NCBI GenBank assembly: GCA_963710755.1
Contig: CAVQBK010000007.1
Location: 1 to 64,000 of the forward strand
Direction of reading: 5' to 3'
DNA: 64,000 bases
Source of the DNA: an uncultured bacterium
GTDB taxonomy: Bacteria > Oederibacteriota > JAAXVQ01 > JAUVAV01
Shown here in pieces: positions 43,433 through 52,995 of the stretch (position 1 is the first letter of the stretch; each line of letters begins with the position of its first letter). The notes beneath the pieces are model-generated. The model saw only the letters and a list, made by a program, of their open reading frames with translations. It ran no database searches and was not told where the DNA came from. The position numbers and the translations under genes are program-made.

Positions 43433-43750
43433 TTATTCCTGAAGCGCTTGTTCCAAAGAGGATTGCAGTTCCTCCAAGCCCTTCATTTGATCTTTGGAAA
43501 TGTGGCCGTATATAGAGAGCAACATTAATTCCCATTTGGCTTTGGCGAGGGCATGCTGGCAAAGACTGCGGTATTGTTTCTGATCAGACGCCTGTTGACA
43601 GTGCTGCATTAACCGGTAATAACGGACCACCTGACTGATCAAATCCAGCCATTCTTCCGTATGTTCTTTCGGTAAAATACAAGCGGTCATACTGCAATTG
43701 TGCCACCATTTATCAATGATCGCCGCGGTATTCTGTGGTAATATGGCCAT
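43433..43750 (-). CDS. Hypothetical protein (start uncertain)
   Basis: Open frame filling the gap convergent with the nitroreductase; helical C-terminus. Confidence 0.4.
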   Translation of the reverse strand: MAILPQNTAAIIDKWWHNCSMTACILPKEHTEEWLDLISQVVRYYRLMQHCQQASDQKQYRSLCQHALAKAKWELMLLSIYGHISKDQMKGLEELQSSLEQALQE

Positions 43751-43860
43751 GCTTTGCATTCCCTTATGCCCTCCAAGCCCAATGATATTAACGACCAAAT
43801 TAAGTTTTCGGCAGGGCGCGGTGCTTTCTTAAGGAAAAATGTGAAAAAAACGGGAAAAGA

Positions 43861-43890
43861 TGTTGATAGTTTGTTGAAAACTGTGGATAA
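43861..43890. promoter_or_regulatory. DnaA-box triplet
   Basis: TGTTGATAG, TGTTGAAAA and perfect TGTGGATAA in tandem, same orientation. Confidence 0.5.
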
Positions 43891-43952
43891 ATCAGGGTGG
43901 CCATTACCCAGCAAAAATAAATTTACTTAAAAGGCTTAAATTTAGGGATGAA

Positions 43953-44564
43953 ATGAGAATAGATCCATCGCTGCTCAATAATGACCGTGGGGAAAAAAAC
44001 ACCTCTGAACCGGAGTTGCCGCTCATCGTTCTGGCGGCCCTGGGCTTTTTGTGCGTGCTGTTTATAGCGGGTATCGGCTACTTATGGATGACCAGCCCGC
44101 TGGTCGGCATCCGCAGTATACGCCCAGCCGCTTTACCTGTGGTTCAAATAGCAGTGGTTCCATACCAAGGACCGCTGTGGGAATTGGAGAAAAAACGCGT
44201 TCAGGTGAAGGATCGGCTTCAAAACTTGGGTTTGGTTTTGGGGGAGCCCTTCACGATCTATTCCGGCAGTCCCATGCATCTGCGCCCTCTGGAAGTAAAA
44301 GCTCAAGTCGGTTACCTTTTGGCGATAGGCATTGCCGGACGTCAACCGGTTGCGGGGCTCACCATCAAAGCCATCGATCCCGGCCGACGGTTGGTCGTGA
44401 CAGTTGATGGTCATGGCGATTTTACAGGAATAAAAGCCTACAGAGCAGCGCAACGCTATTTGGCTCCCCAGGGTTTGAAACCGGGGGAAGGGGAACGGTA
44501 TGAAGTGAAGCGCATTGAACCCGATGGACGCTCCTGCGTGGAGCACTGGATACCGGTGCGCTAG
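43953..44564 (+). CDS. Membrane-anchored GyrI-like small-molecule-binding protein
   Basis: One TM, then YQGP...PFTIY...VGY...AY...YE...WIPV pattern. Confidence 0.55.
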   Translation: MRIDPSLLNNDRGEKNTSEPELPLIVLAALGFLCVLFIAGIGYLWMTSPLVGIRSIRPAALPVVQIAVVPYQGPLWELEKKRVQVKDRLQNLGLVLGEPFTIYSGSPMHLRPLEVKAQVGYLLAIGIAGRQPVAGLTIKAIDPGRRLVVTVDGHGDFTGIKAYRAAQRYLAPQGLKPGEGERYEVKRIEPDGRSCVEHWIPVR

Positions 44565-44602
44565 CGAAAGTGATAGGGTCTGGCCAAAATATTGGCGTTG
44601 AC

Positions 44603-44908
44603 TTAACCGGAAACCTGGTAACCCTTGGCTAATAACATGGGTCTGATTTTTTCACGGAAGTCGCCTTGGATTTCTAAATGATGATCTTTGACGGTGCCAC
44701 CAGTACCGCATTTTGATTTGATTTCCTTACCCAACTCTTTCAGGCTCTCGTCGGAGAGTGCCAATCGTTCGATCACCGTTACCATTTTCCCGCCCCGGCC
44801 TTTTTTTTCTATACGCATCAGGGCTTTGCCGCGGCCTGGTGCTTTTTTTTGCGCTTGCTGTTTGGGGTTGCTCGGATCGCTGTAGACTAAACGGTGGTTT
44901 GTGTCCAT
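44603..44908 (-). CDS. yciH: Translation initiation factor SUI1/YciH
   Basis: LVYS, EKKGRGGKMVTVI, KCGTGGTVKD, EIQGD. Confidence 0.92.
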   Translation of the reverse strand: MDTNHRLVYSDPSNPKQQAQKKAPGRGKALMRIEKKGRGGKMVTVIERLALSDESLKELGKEIKSKCGTGGTVKDHHLEIQGDFREKIRPMLLAKGYQVSG

Positions 44909-44936
44909 GAAGATCACCTCGTTGATAAACTATAAT

Positions 44937-44982
44937 CGTTCCCATTCATGGTCAGAGCTTGTCCCGGCCATGAATGGGAACG
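44937..44982. repeat. REP-like perfect hairpin
   Basis: 15-bp IR cgttcccattcatgg / ccatgaatgggaacg. Confidence 0.6.
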
Positions 44983-45054
44983 TATTAAAAGATCTCAAAA
45001 TATATGATCATAATCAACTATTATAAAAAAGAATCATAAACTATTAAAAAAATA

Positions 45055-45083
45055 TTGACACATTAAAAATAATAAATTATAAA
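45055..45083 (+). promoter_or_regulatory. Sigma-70 promoter of the rrf2-cysK-metY operon
   Basis: TTGACA-17 nt-TATAAA in an AT-rich tract. Confidence 0.7.
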
Positions 45084-45129
45084 AATCATGATATTTGTAT
45101 AAGTATACCTCACTATAAAGGATAAAAAA

Positions 45130-45576
45130 ATGAGAATATCTACCAAAGGACGTTATGCAGTCAGAGCATTGGTTGAATTGGCTACCCAGGAAATGGACAA
45201 ACCCATTATGTTGTCCCAGATCGCCCACAACCAGGATATTCCCCAACGTTATCTGATCCAGATTTTCAGCTCTCTGCGTAAAAGCGGGCTGGTTAACAGC
45301 ATACGCGGGGCCAAGGGTGGCTTTCAGCTGGGTAAAAAAGCTTCGGACATCACCTTGGAGGACATCATTGCTTCCGCAGAAGGCCCGATTGAATTGGTGG
45401 CTTGTGTACCGGAGAAAGAGGAGGATTGTGGCCGCATTGCCGAGTGTTCCACCCGCAGTATCTGGCAACGCGTCAACAATGATGTCAAAGCCGTATTCCG
45501 AAAAATTACTTTGGATGAAATGGTCACCCTTCAGCTGGATGTCACCACATGCCGTGATAGTAATTATCAGATTTGA
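45130..45576 (+). CDS. Rrf2 family regulator (CymR/IscR-like)
   Basis: STKGRYAVRAL, SIRGAKGGF, Cys triad C-x7-C-x5-C, C-terminal NYQI. Confidence 0.92.
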   Translation: MRISTKGRYAVRALVELATQEMDKPIMLSQIAHNQDIPQRYLIQIFSSLRKSGLVNSIRGAKGGFQLGKKASDITLEDIIASAEGPIELVACVPEKEEDCGRIAECSTRSIWQRVNNDVKAVFRKITLDEMVTLQLDVTTCRDSNYQI

Positions 45577-45592
45577 CAAGGGGAGGTAGGCA

Positions 45593-46522
45593 ATGAGTAT
45601 CAAAAACACTATATTGGAATTGATCGGCAATACCCCTATGGTACGGCTTGGGAAGATCGCGATGGACAGCCAGGCAGAGGTGGTGGTTAAGCTTGAATCT
45701 TTTAATCCCTGTTCCAGCGTAAAGGATCGCATTACCAGTGCCATGATCGAAGCGGCAGAACGCTTGGGACAATTGAAACCTGGGGGCACAGTCATTGAGC
45801 CTACCAGTGGTAATACGGGCATTGGTTTGGCCATGGTTTGCGCGATCAAAGGGTATCGCTTAATTCTGACCATGCCCGACACCATGAGCATTGAACGCCG
45901 CCAAATTCTGAGTACTTTGGGGGCTCAGTTAATTTTAACCCCCGGGTCGGAAGGCATGAAAGGCGCTGTGAAAAAAGCGGAAGAATTACTCCGCACTCAA
46001 TCAGGTGCCATCATGCCTCAGCAATTTATTAATCCCGCCAATCCCGAAGTTCATCGCAAGACCACGGCTGAGGAAATCTGGCAGGACTGCGAAGGCAGGG
46101 TGGATGTGGTGGTGGTTGGCGTGGGCACGGGCGGCACTTTGACAGGTGTGGGGGAGGCTCTGAAAAAACGTAATCCAGCACTGACAATTGTTGCCGTGGA
46201 GCCGGCTTCTTCGTCAGTACTCTCCGGTGGGCAGCCCGGTCCGCATAAGATTCAAGGCATAGGCGCCGGGTTTGTGCCCAAAGTGTTGAACCAGGACATT
46301 ATTGATGAAATCATCAAGGTGCAAGATGAGGATGCTGGGGAAACAGCCCGGCGCCTGGCCAGAGAAGAAGGTATCTTGGGCGGCATTTCCTCGGGCGCCA
46401 ATGTCTGGGCTGCTTTGCAGGTGGCCGGACGTCCTGAAAATAAGGGCAAACGGGTGGTGACCTTTATTTGTGATACCGGCGAACGTTATTTGTCCACTTG
46501 GGCCTTCAGGCAGCCGGCCTAA
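45593..46522 (+). CDS. cysK: Cysteine synthase A
   Basis: [39 protein letters not shown]. Confidence 0.97.
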   Translation: MSIKNTILELIGNTPMVRLGKIAMDSQAEVVVKLESFNPCSSVKDRITSAMIEAAERLGQLKPGGTVIEPTSGNTGIGLAMVCAIKGYRLILTMPDTMSIERRQILSTLGAQLILTPGSEGMKGAVKKAEELLRTQSGAIMPQQFINPANPEVHRKTTAEEIWQDCEGRVDVVVVGVGTGGTLTGVGEALKKRNPALTIVAVEPASSSVLSGGQPGPHKIQGIGAGFVPKVLNQDIIDEIIKVQDEDAGETARRLAREEGILGGISSGANVWAALQVAGRPENKGKRVVTFICDTGERYLSTWAFRQPA

Positions 46523-46578
46523 AGCAATTGCCTCAGAGAAGCACGGCAAGATTCAGCCAGTAAAAAGGAGAACCAATC

Positions 46579-47868
46579 ATGTCCACTTATCGCTTTGAAA
46601 CAAAAGTGTTGCATGCCGGGCAAGAACCAGATGTCCTCACCAGTTCCAGGGCAGTACCCATTTATCGTACCAGCAGTTATACGTTTCGTGATACCAAGCA
46701 CGCCTCCGACCTCTTTGCGCTTAAAGAGCTGGGCAACATTTATACGCGCCTCATGAATCCCACTCAGGATGTTCTGGAAAAACGGTTGGCCGAATTGGAA
46801 GGCGGGGCCGCAGCCCTGGCCTTGAGTTCCGGTACGGCGGCTATTTTCAATGCGGTGATTAATGTGGCTTCCGCAGGGGATGAAATCGTATCCTCCAGCT
46901 ACCTTTATGGCGGCACCTTCACCATGTTCGATTCCATTTTGCCACAGTTGGGCATTAACGTCAAAATGGTGGATCCGAAAAATCCTGATCAGTTTAAAGC
47001 CGCCATAACTGATAAAACCAAGGCGATCTTTGTGGAGACTATCGGCAATCCTACTTTGGAAGTGGTGGATTTGGAAGCGGTCTCAGCCATTGCCCGCGCG
47101 GCCCATGTGCCCTTAATAGTGGATTCTACCTTTACCACGCCCTATTTGCTGCGCCCCCTGGAACATGGCGCGGACATTGTTATCCACTCCCTGACCAAAT
47201 GGATTGGCGGACACGGCACCGGCTTGGGCGGAATAGTGGTGGACAGTGGTAAGTTTGATTGGACCGATCCCAAGTTCAAACTCTACAATGAACCCGATGG
47301 TGGTTATCATGGCTTGCGTTTTGCCACTGATTTGGGTCCGCTCTCCCCGCTGGCCTATATTTTAAGAATGCGGCTGGTCCCGTTGCGGAATCTCGGGGCC
47401 TGTATTTCGCCGGACAATGCCTGGCTCTTTATCCAAGGGTTGGAAACTCTGCCGCTGCGTATGGCCCGCCATTGTGAGAATAGTCTGGCCGTCGCCAAGC
47501 ATTTAGAAAATCATCCCGCGGTGAGTTGGGTCCGTTATCCCGGGCTGCCTGCCGATCCGACCCATGACAATGCCCGCAAATACCTCAAACAAGGTTATGG
47601 CAGTGTGGTGGTGTTTGGCATTAAAGGCGGATCCGCGGCCGGACAAAAATTTATCGAGGCCTTAAAACTCTTCTCCCATCTGGCCAATGTGGGTGATGCC
47701 AAGAGCCTGGCTATCCATCCAGCTTCCACGACCCACAGCCAATTAACGGAAGAACAGCAAAGCAGCAGTGGCATCACGCCGGATCTAATCCGACTCTCGG
47801 TGGGTATCGAACACCTTGATGATATCGTGGAAGATATTGACCAAGCTCTGAAAGTGGCTGGTGCCTAA
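46579..47868 (+). CDS. metY: O-acetylhomoserine sulfhydrylase
   Basis: GNIYTRLMNPT, HSLTKWIGGHG, HLANVGDAKSLAIHPASTTH. Confidence 0.93.
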   Translation: MSTYRFETKVLHAGQEPDVLTSSRAVPIYRTSSYTFRDTKHASDLFALKELGNIYTRLMNPTQDVLEKRLAELEGGAAALALSSGTAAIFNAVINVASAGDEIVSSSYLYGGTFTMFDSILPQLGINVKMVDPKNPDQFKAAITDKTKAIFVETIGNPTLEVVDLEAVSAIARAAHVPLIVDSTFTTPYLLRPLEHGADIVIHSLTKWIGGHGTGLGGIVVDSGKFDWTDPKFKLYNEPDGGYHGLRFATDLGPLSPLAYILRMRLVPLRNLGACISPDNAWLFIQGLETLPLRMARHCENSLAVAKHLENHPAVSWVRYPGLPADPTHDNARKYLKQGYGSVVVFGIKGGSAAGQKFIEALKLFSHLANVGDAKSLAIHPASTTHSQLTEEQQSSSGITPDLIRLSVGIEHLDDIVEDIDQALKVAGA

Positions 47869-47935
47869 AAGCGCGTTGGGGTGAAGTTGGTACCCAAGCC
47901 CGGAAAAAGTTACTCGGAAGTTGGGAAACATTAAC

Positions 47936-48928
47936 ATGAAAGCCATTGCCTTATATTCGGGTGGATTGGACAGTACCCTGGCCATTGCTTTAATAGAACG
48001 GCTGGGGATAGAGGTGCAACCCATCATCTATACGTCACCCTTCGGAGACCGTCACGGTCCGGAAGGATGGCAAAAAAAAGCGGATCAAGTACGCCGGGAA
48101 TTCCAGAAAGAGCTGCTGATGATTCCATTTGACGAGGAACTCATCGGCTTGGTAAAGCAGCCTCATTTTGGGTGGGGTAAACATCTGAATCCCTGCATTG
48201 ATTGTCATCTGCAGATGCTCAGGAAGTCCCGGCAGGTCTTAAAGGAGCAGGGGGCGGATTTTGTGATTACCGGCGAAGTGCTGGGTCAACGGCCTATGAG
48301 TCAGAACAAAGCAGCCTTGGAATTGATCGACCGGGAATGCGGTTTGGAAGGATTACTGCTCAGACCGTTGTCCGCCAAAGTACTGTCACCCACTATTCCA
48401 GAGCAAAAAGGCTGGGTGGACCGGACCCAATTGCTGGATTTGCAAGGCCGAAGCCGCAAACCGCAGCTGGCCCTTGCCCGCGCCTGGGGTCTGCAGCATT
48501 ATGGATCCCCGGCTGGCGGATGCTTATTGACGGATGAGCATTTTTCCAAAAAAGTTAAAAACCTCATGGAAGCCGACATGCTGGAGCCGTCCAATGTTTG
48601 GTGGATTCAGCCCGGCCGTTACTTTAATTTAAACGAGCAGTGCAAGCTTATGGTTGCCCGCAATGAAGATGAATGCCGGCGACTGGAAGAATTAGTACAT
48701 CCTCAGGATATCGTACTCAAGCCTAAAAGCGTGCCTGGCCCCACCGCTGTACTGCGCGGCTCCGGGTGCAGGGCTTTTGTTCAGCAAGCAGGTGATATTG
48801 TCGGTTATTTTTCAAAAACCTCCGAAGGCTGTGATGTCTTGGTGACCTTTCCGGGAGAAGTCGAAGAGGTGACCATCATCACCCGCGCTATGGATGAAGC
48901 CCAACTGCATGCTTATATGATTGCTTAA
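47936..48928 (+). CDS. ThiI/MnmA-like PP-loop tRNA thiolation protein
   Basis: SGGLDS, NPCIDC, TGEVLGQRPMSQ, PAGGCLLT. Confidence 0.85.
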   Translation: MKAIALYSGGLDSTLAIALIERLGIEVQPIIYTSPFGDRHGPEGWQKKADQVRREFQKELLMIPFDEELIGLVKQPHFGWGKHLNPCIDCHLQMLRKSRQVLKEQGADFVITGEVLGQRPMSQNKAALELIDRECGLEGLLLRPLSAKVLSPTIPEQKGWVDRTQLLDLQGRSRKPQLALARAWGLQHYGSPAGGCLLTDEHFSKKVKNLMEADMLEPSNVWWIQPGRYFNLNEQCKLMVARNEDECRRLEELVHPQDIVLKPKSVPGPTAVLRGSGCRAFVQQAGDIVGYFSKTSEGCDVLVTFPGEVEEVTIITRAMDEAQLHAYMIA

Positions 48929-49057
48929 AAGTGATTATTTTCTGTTTTGTCCTTCTTCCATTGGCCTGTCATCCTACCAGCGTTTCTGTATATGGGTAAT
49001 GAAAATGGTGCCCTCCATCCAGTATCGTGCCTGGCAAATAAGGTGAATATCTTGGCG

Positions 49058-49141
49058 GTCATCACGCGGAGAGTCTAAAAGGGATCCTGAGTTTTTAATC
49101 CAAGGGCTGCTGGTTTCCGGCTAAAACCGAGCCGGAATAAC
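49058..49141. repeat. Degenerate GTCAT-type REP-like element
   Basis: gtcatc...gggatcc...ctggtttccggct-aaaaccg-agccggaataac. Confidence 0.45.
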
Positions 49142-49245
49142 CAACATGGTTATTCATAGTATTAATGAGCCATGACACTTGGTGTTAACAAAATACAAAA
49201 CCGCAGTCCGGGCAGGCAACCGGTGCTGGGAGGGAGGGGTTGGCC

Positions 49246-50046
49246 ATGGCGCTTAGTGATCAACAATTGGAACGTTATGCCCGCCAGATTATCCTGAAAG
49301 GGTTTGGCATCGAAGGCCAACAACGATTGTTAGCATCCTCCGTGCTGATCATAGGTGCCGGTGGCTTGGGTTCGGCCATGGCCCAATATTTGGCAGCGGC
49401 CGGCATTGGCCGCATTGGCTTGGTGGACAAGGATGTGGTGGAATTGTCCAACCTGCAGCGCCAAATTCTTCATTACACTCCTGATGTGGGACAGCGTAAA
49501 GTTGATTCAGCTTCGAAAAAAATCAAGCAGCTCAATCCCGATGTTCATGTCGACCTTTATCCAGTTTGTGTCAGGGCGGACAACATTCTGGGGATCATCA
49601 AGCCCTATGATTTTATCCTTGATGCGGTGGATAATTTTGCCGGAAAATTTTTGATCAATGATGCTTGCGTGCTGGCGGGTAAACCCTTTTGTCATGCCGG
49701 TATTTCCGGTTGGGACGGGCAGTTATTTACCTATTTGCCCGACGGCCATAGCGCCTGCTATCGCTGTTTGTTCAAAGCGCCGCCAATACAGGATGTAGGC
49801 CCAGACTGTAAACCCAATAGTGTGCTGGGTGCAGTAGCCGGGGTGATCGGACTGCTGCAGGCCGAAGAAGCGATAAAATATTTCTTACAACAAGGAACTC
49901 TGCTGACCAACCGGCTTTTAATCCATCAAGGGCAGCAAGCCCGTTTTCGCGAAATGGCCTTCCAGCGTCAGGCTGACTGCCCGATCTGTGGTGGTCATCC
50001 CACTATTTTAGAAGTGCAGGACGAAGGACCGGTTCCAGCCGGTTAG
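49246..50046 (+). CDS. ThiF/MoeB/HesA family adenylyltransferase
   Basis: RYARQ, GAGGLG, SNLQRQ, CYRC, CPIC. Confidence 0.92.
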   Translation: MALSDQQLERYARQIILKGFGIEGQQRLLASSVLIIGAGGLGSAMAQYLAAAGIGRIGLVDKDVVELSNLQRQILHYTPDVGQRKVDSASKKIKQLNPDVHVDLYPVCVRADNILGIIKPYDFILDAVDNFAGKFLINDACVLAGKPFCHAGISGWDGQLFTYLPDGHSACYRCLFKAPPIQDVGPDCKPNSVLGAVAGVIGLLQAEEAIKYFLQQGTLLTNRLLIHQGQQARFREMAFQRQADCPICGGHPTILEVQDEGPVPAG

Positions 50047-50189
50047 ATTATATTATAAAAGGGACGCCTTTGCCCTGAGCCATCCTGAGTAGAGTCTGCG
50101 GCTTGACCATAGAAGACGTTTTTCTTTTTATTTTGCGTTGGACACGAACGGCTACTTAAGGATAAAATCAATTATCAACCTGGGGGAAC

Positions 50190-50711
50190 ATGATGATGCG
50201 TGAACCTTATACGCTGGACGTCAAACCCGTTGGCGAAGATAAAAAACATGCCCGCTATTTATTGTGGTCAGGGCTGACTATTCTTGCGGCGGGAATTATC
50301 ATTCTCCTCGCTCCGGAAGCCTTGAATTGGATATTGGCCGTTCTGATTGTGCTTTTTGGGTTATTGCAATTGCTGATCATCCGCTGGCAGGGACCTCTTT
50401 TTAATCAGACTACCGGCTGGCTGACTATAGGCTTCGGCCTGCTGGTGTTTTTATTTCCTCAAATGCTCAATTACCTTATCATAATTGCTTTCATAGGTTT
50501 GACTCTGCTTTTTACCTTTTTATTATTGGCCGTTAATGCGTCTTTATGGACAGGCGTGCTGCTGGTGCTGGCGCTGGTAGGTGGATTGATGATGTGGATG
50601 TTTCCTTTGTCGCTTAACATTGTTTTTGCAGTTTATTTGGTGGTGGCGGGGGTGGAGCAGCTTTTAATGAGTTGGCGCACCTATTACCGTTGGCAATGGC
50701 AGGGACGCTGA
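50190..50711 (+). CDS. Multi-pass membrane protein (DUF308/HdeD-like)
   Basis: Repeated hydrophobic hairpins with P..LN motifs. Confidence 0.55.
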   Translation: MMMREPYTLDVKPVGEDKKHARYLLWSGLTILAAGIIILLAPEALNWILAVLIVLFGLLQLLIIRWQGPLFNQTTGWLTIGFGLLVFLFPQMLNYLIIIAFIGLTLLFTFLLLAVNASLWTGVLLVLALVGGLMMWMFPLSLNIVFAVYLVVAGVEQLLMSWRTYYRWQWQGR

Positions 50712-50720
50712 GAAAGGGAG

Positions 50721-51170
50721 ATGATCCAATTGGACCAACAGGAAAAAAGGTCTTACCGGCGGCTGCCGTTGAAATTGGCAGCCTATTGCCAGGAATTGAT
50801 CAAGGGTGGTCACGGCCGGGAAAGCCGGACCTTTACCAGCGATATCAGTGCCGGCGGTGTTGGGCTGACCTTAAATAAGAAAATCAGTGCCCAGCAACTG
50901 GTGCTTTTAAAAGTAGGGTTGCCGGCCGGAAACAAGAAAGGTTATCAACTGTCGGCAGAGCCTAATCAGGAGTCGTCCAGTGCGGAAGCCACCTTCTTGT
51001 CCCGCGTGGTTTGGACTGAGATGCTCTCAGAAAACGAGTATCGCTATGGGCTGGTCTTTTTAGATATTACCCTGGACGGCCGCTATTATTTCGAAAAATT
51101 TTTACAGGATTATGAATTGGAATGGCAGTATTGTCCCTTGTGCAATGATAGCAGCCTGCCGTTGACGTAA
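50721..51170 (+). CDS. PilZ domain protein
   Basis: EKRSYRR, DISAGG, RVVW, YGLVF. Confidence 0.85.
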   Translation: MIQLDQQEKRSYRRLPLKLAAYCQELIKGGHGRESRTFTSDISAGGVGLTLNKKISAQQLVLLKVGLPAGNKKGYQLSAEPNQESSSAEATFLSRVVWTEMLSENEYRYGLVFLDITLDGRYYFEKFLQDYELEWQYCPLCNDSSLPLT

Positions 51171-51308
51171 ACACGGCGATTTTCGGCATTTCAATTGCGC
51201 TCTTAAGCACCATCTCCGACTGGCTGGGGATGGTATTTTGTTAACCAGGTGAAGAGCCTGGGGCTCCCGGCTGGACGTGGCCCAAGTTAAGGCGAACAGG
51301 ACTATACA

Positions 51309-51337
51309 TTGAAATGCCTAAATTAATGTGCTACACT
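51309..51337 (+). promoter_or_regulatory. Putative sigma-70 promoter
   Basis: TTGAAA-17 nt-TACACT with TG extension. Confidence 0.5.
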
Positions 51338-51368
51338 TAGGAAAGGTCAATAGGAGGTCAGCGGTAGC

Positions 51369-51803
51369 ATGGATACAAACAAAGATGTTGAGTATAGTGA
51401 AAAACGCAGATTTCCGAGAGAAGATTTAAAGCTGTGGGTTCATTTTAAAACGATCAGCCACGGTAAAATTTCAGCACCGCTGGAAAGTTTGAGCGCCAAC
51501 ATCGGCTCCGGCGGGGTGGGATTGATCACGGACCAGGAACTTGAAATTGGCCAGATGTTAATGCTGACCTTGTATCTGCCACCGGAAGAAAGCAGAAAAA
51601 CGGCGGAGGATACTTTGATTTTTGAAGAAAATATGTGTATTCCCATTTCTGTGTTGGCCAAAGTGGCTTGGTGTAAAAAAACAGGTGATGATGAATACCG
51701 TTTTGGTGTGCAGTTTGTGGAACTCGATGATTATAGCCGTTCCCTTTTGAAATTATATTTAAAACATTACAATTTATACTCTGAAAATTCTCCGTTGTTT
51801 TAA
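51369..51803 (+). CDS. PilZ domain protein
   Basis: EKRRFPR, NIGSGG, KVAW, FGVQF. Confidence 0.85.
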   Translation: MDTNKDVEYSEKRRFPREDLKLWVHFKTISHGKISAPLESLSANIGSGGVGLITDQELEIGQMLMLTLYLPPEESRKTAEDTLIFEENMCIPISVLAKVAWCKKTGDDEYRFGVQFVELDDYSRSLLKLYLKHYNLYSENSPLF

Positions 51804-51974
51804 TCATTTCCCGGGGACTTGCCCCATGTGACGTGAAAGGATTGGAAAAGCATCCGTCTTCAGGGTGTTTTTTTATTTGGTAAAGGTTAATAGCCCGCCT
51901 CGGCGGGAACAATTCATTCCCTCCCAACCGACAACAATTCAAAGGCAATAGTAAAACCTCCTCAGGAGGATGTG

Positions 51975-52634
51975 ATGTGCGGCCGCTTCTGGTTGAAGAA
52001 AAAGGGCGTGGGTCTGGAATCCCTCTTGGGTTCCGAAACAGGTCCGCCTTTGCAGGAAAGTTTTAATATTGCACCCGGCCATTGGGCCAGTGTCATTATT
52101 GGCCTGGAACATCCGCAACTGCGCTTGTTGAAATGGGGCTTGATCCCTGCCTGGGCATCCAAACCGGATAGCGGTTACAAAATGATCAATGCCCGGGCTG
52201 AGACGATTAGCGAGAGAGTCAGCTACCGCAACCTGTTGAGCGCCCATCGTTGTCTGGTGCCATGTAATGGTTTTTATGAATGGCAGCAAAGGGGATCACA
52301 AAGGCAACCTTATAATATTCAAAGGAAGGATCGCAGGCTCTTTACGCTGGCAGGCTTGTGGACCACTTGGAAATCGCCTGCCCTGCAAGAGATCCAATCC
52401 TTTACCATCATTACTACTGCGGCCAATCAACTGCTTGAGCCTATTCACGACCGTATGCCTGTCATTATTCCCGAGTCGCGTCGTTTGAGTTGGCTACTGA
52501 GTCGGGATGTTAAAGAGATGCTGAGCTTTTTGGAATCTTACTCACAGGATGATATGGAATGTTATGCGGTCTCTCCCTACGTCAATAACCCCGACCATAA
52601 TGATGAGCAGTGCCTGGCGCCTTTGGCGGTCTGA
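51975..52634 (+). CDS. SOS response-associated peptidase (SRAP/HMCES)
   Basis: MCGRF, NIAP, WGLIP, INARAET, GFYEW, IHDRMPVI. Confidence 0.95.
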   Translation: MCGRFWLKKKGVGLESLLGSETGPPLQESFNIAPGHWASVIIGLEHPQLRLLKWGLIPAWASKPDSGYKMINARAETISERVSYRNLLSAHRCLVPCNGFYEWQQRGSQRQPYNIQRKDRRLFTLAGLWTTWKSPALQEIQSFTIITTAANQLLEPIHDRMPVIIPESRRLSWLLSRDVKEMLSFLESYSQDDMECYAVSPYVNNPDHNDEQCLAPLAV

Positions 52635-52767
52635 TCCGGGCAGCTTGTTATTTTGGGAGTTGGTCCGGCTAAGCATTGCGCTGTTGGGAATTTTGTTGCC
52701 AGGGGCAAAAGCTGGGATTAAACTCAAGCTAATTAGTTCCGGTTGGGGAAAGGGCAATTTTCCTATG

Positions 52768-52852
52768 CCCTTTCCTCAAATTTGGGGTGAGGGTCAAAGA
52801 CTTTATTTTTAAAGATAATCCCTCACCTCGATCCTCTCCCAAGAGGAGAGGA
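52768..52852. repeat. BoxC-like REP element
   Basis: ggggtgaggg ... ccctcacctcgatcctctcccaagaggagagg paired palindromes. Confidence 0.55.
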
Positions 52853-52995
52853 ATATTTTGTTAAGATAGAAAATACCTTTTTCTGCAACAAGAACTAATT
52901 ACTACTGTGAATGGGTGCATCACCGTGGTGGTCAATCGGCAAAAATGGTCTTTCCACAAAAATAACAAGCTGGACCCAAGAAGAGGTGAACAATC

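Noticed and set aside
45034-45891. 285-aa antisense ORF and similar long antisense ORFs (e.g. 25984..26574, 56290..56916, 61129..61842)
   Set aside because: Shadows of well-supported genes on the opposite strand
51975-52634. SRAP as part of a mutagenesis or prophage cassette
   Set aside because: No umuDC/imuABC or phage genes nearby
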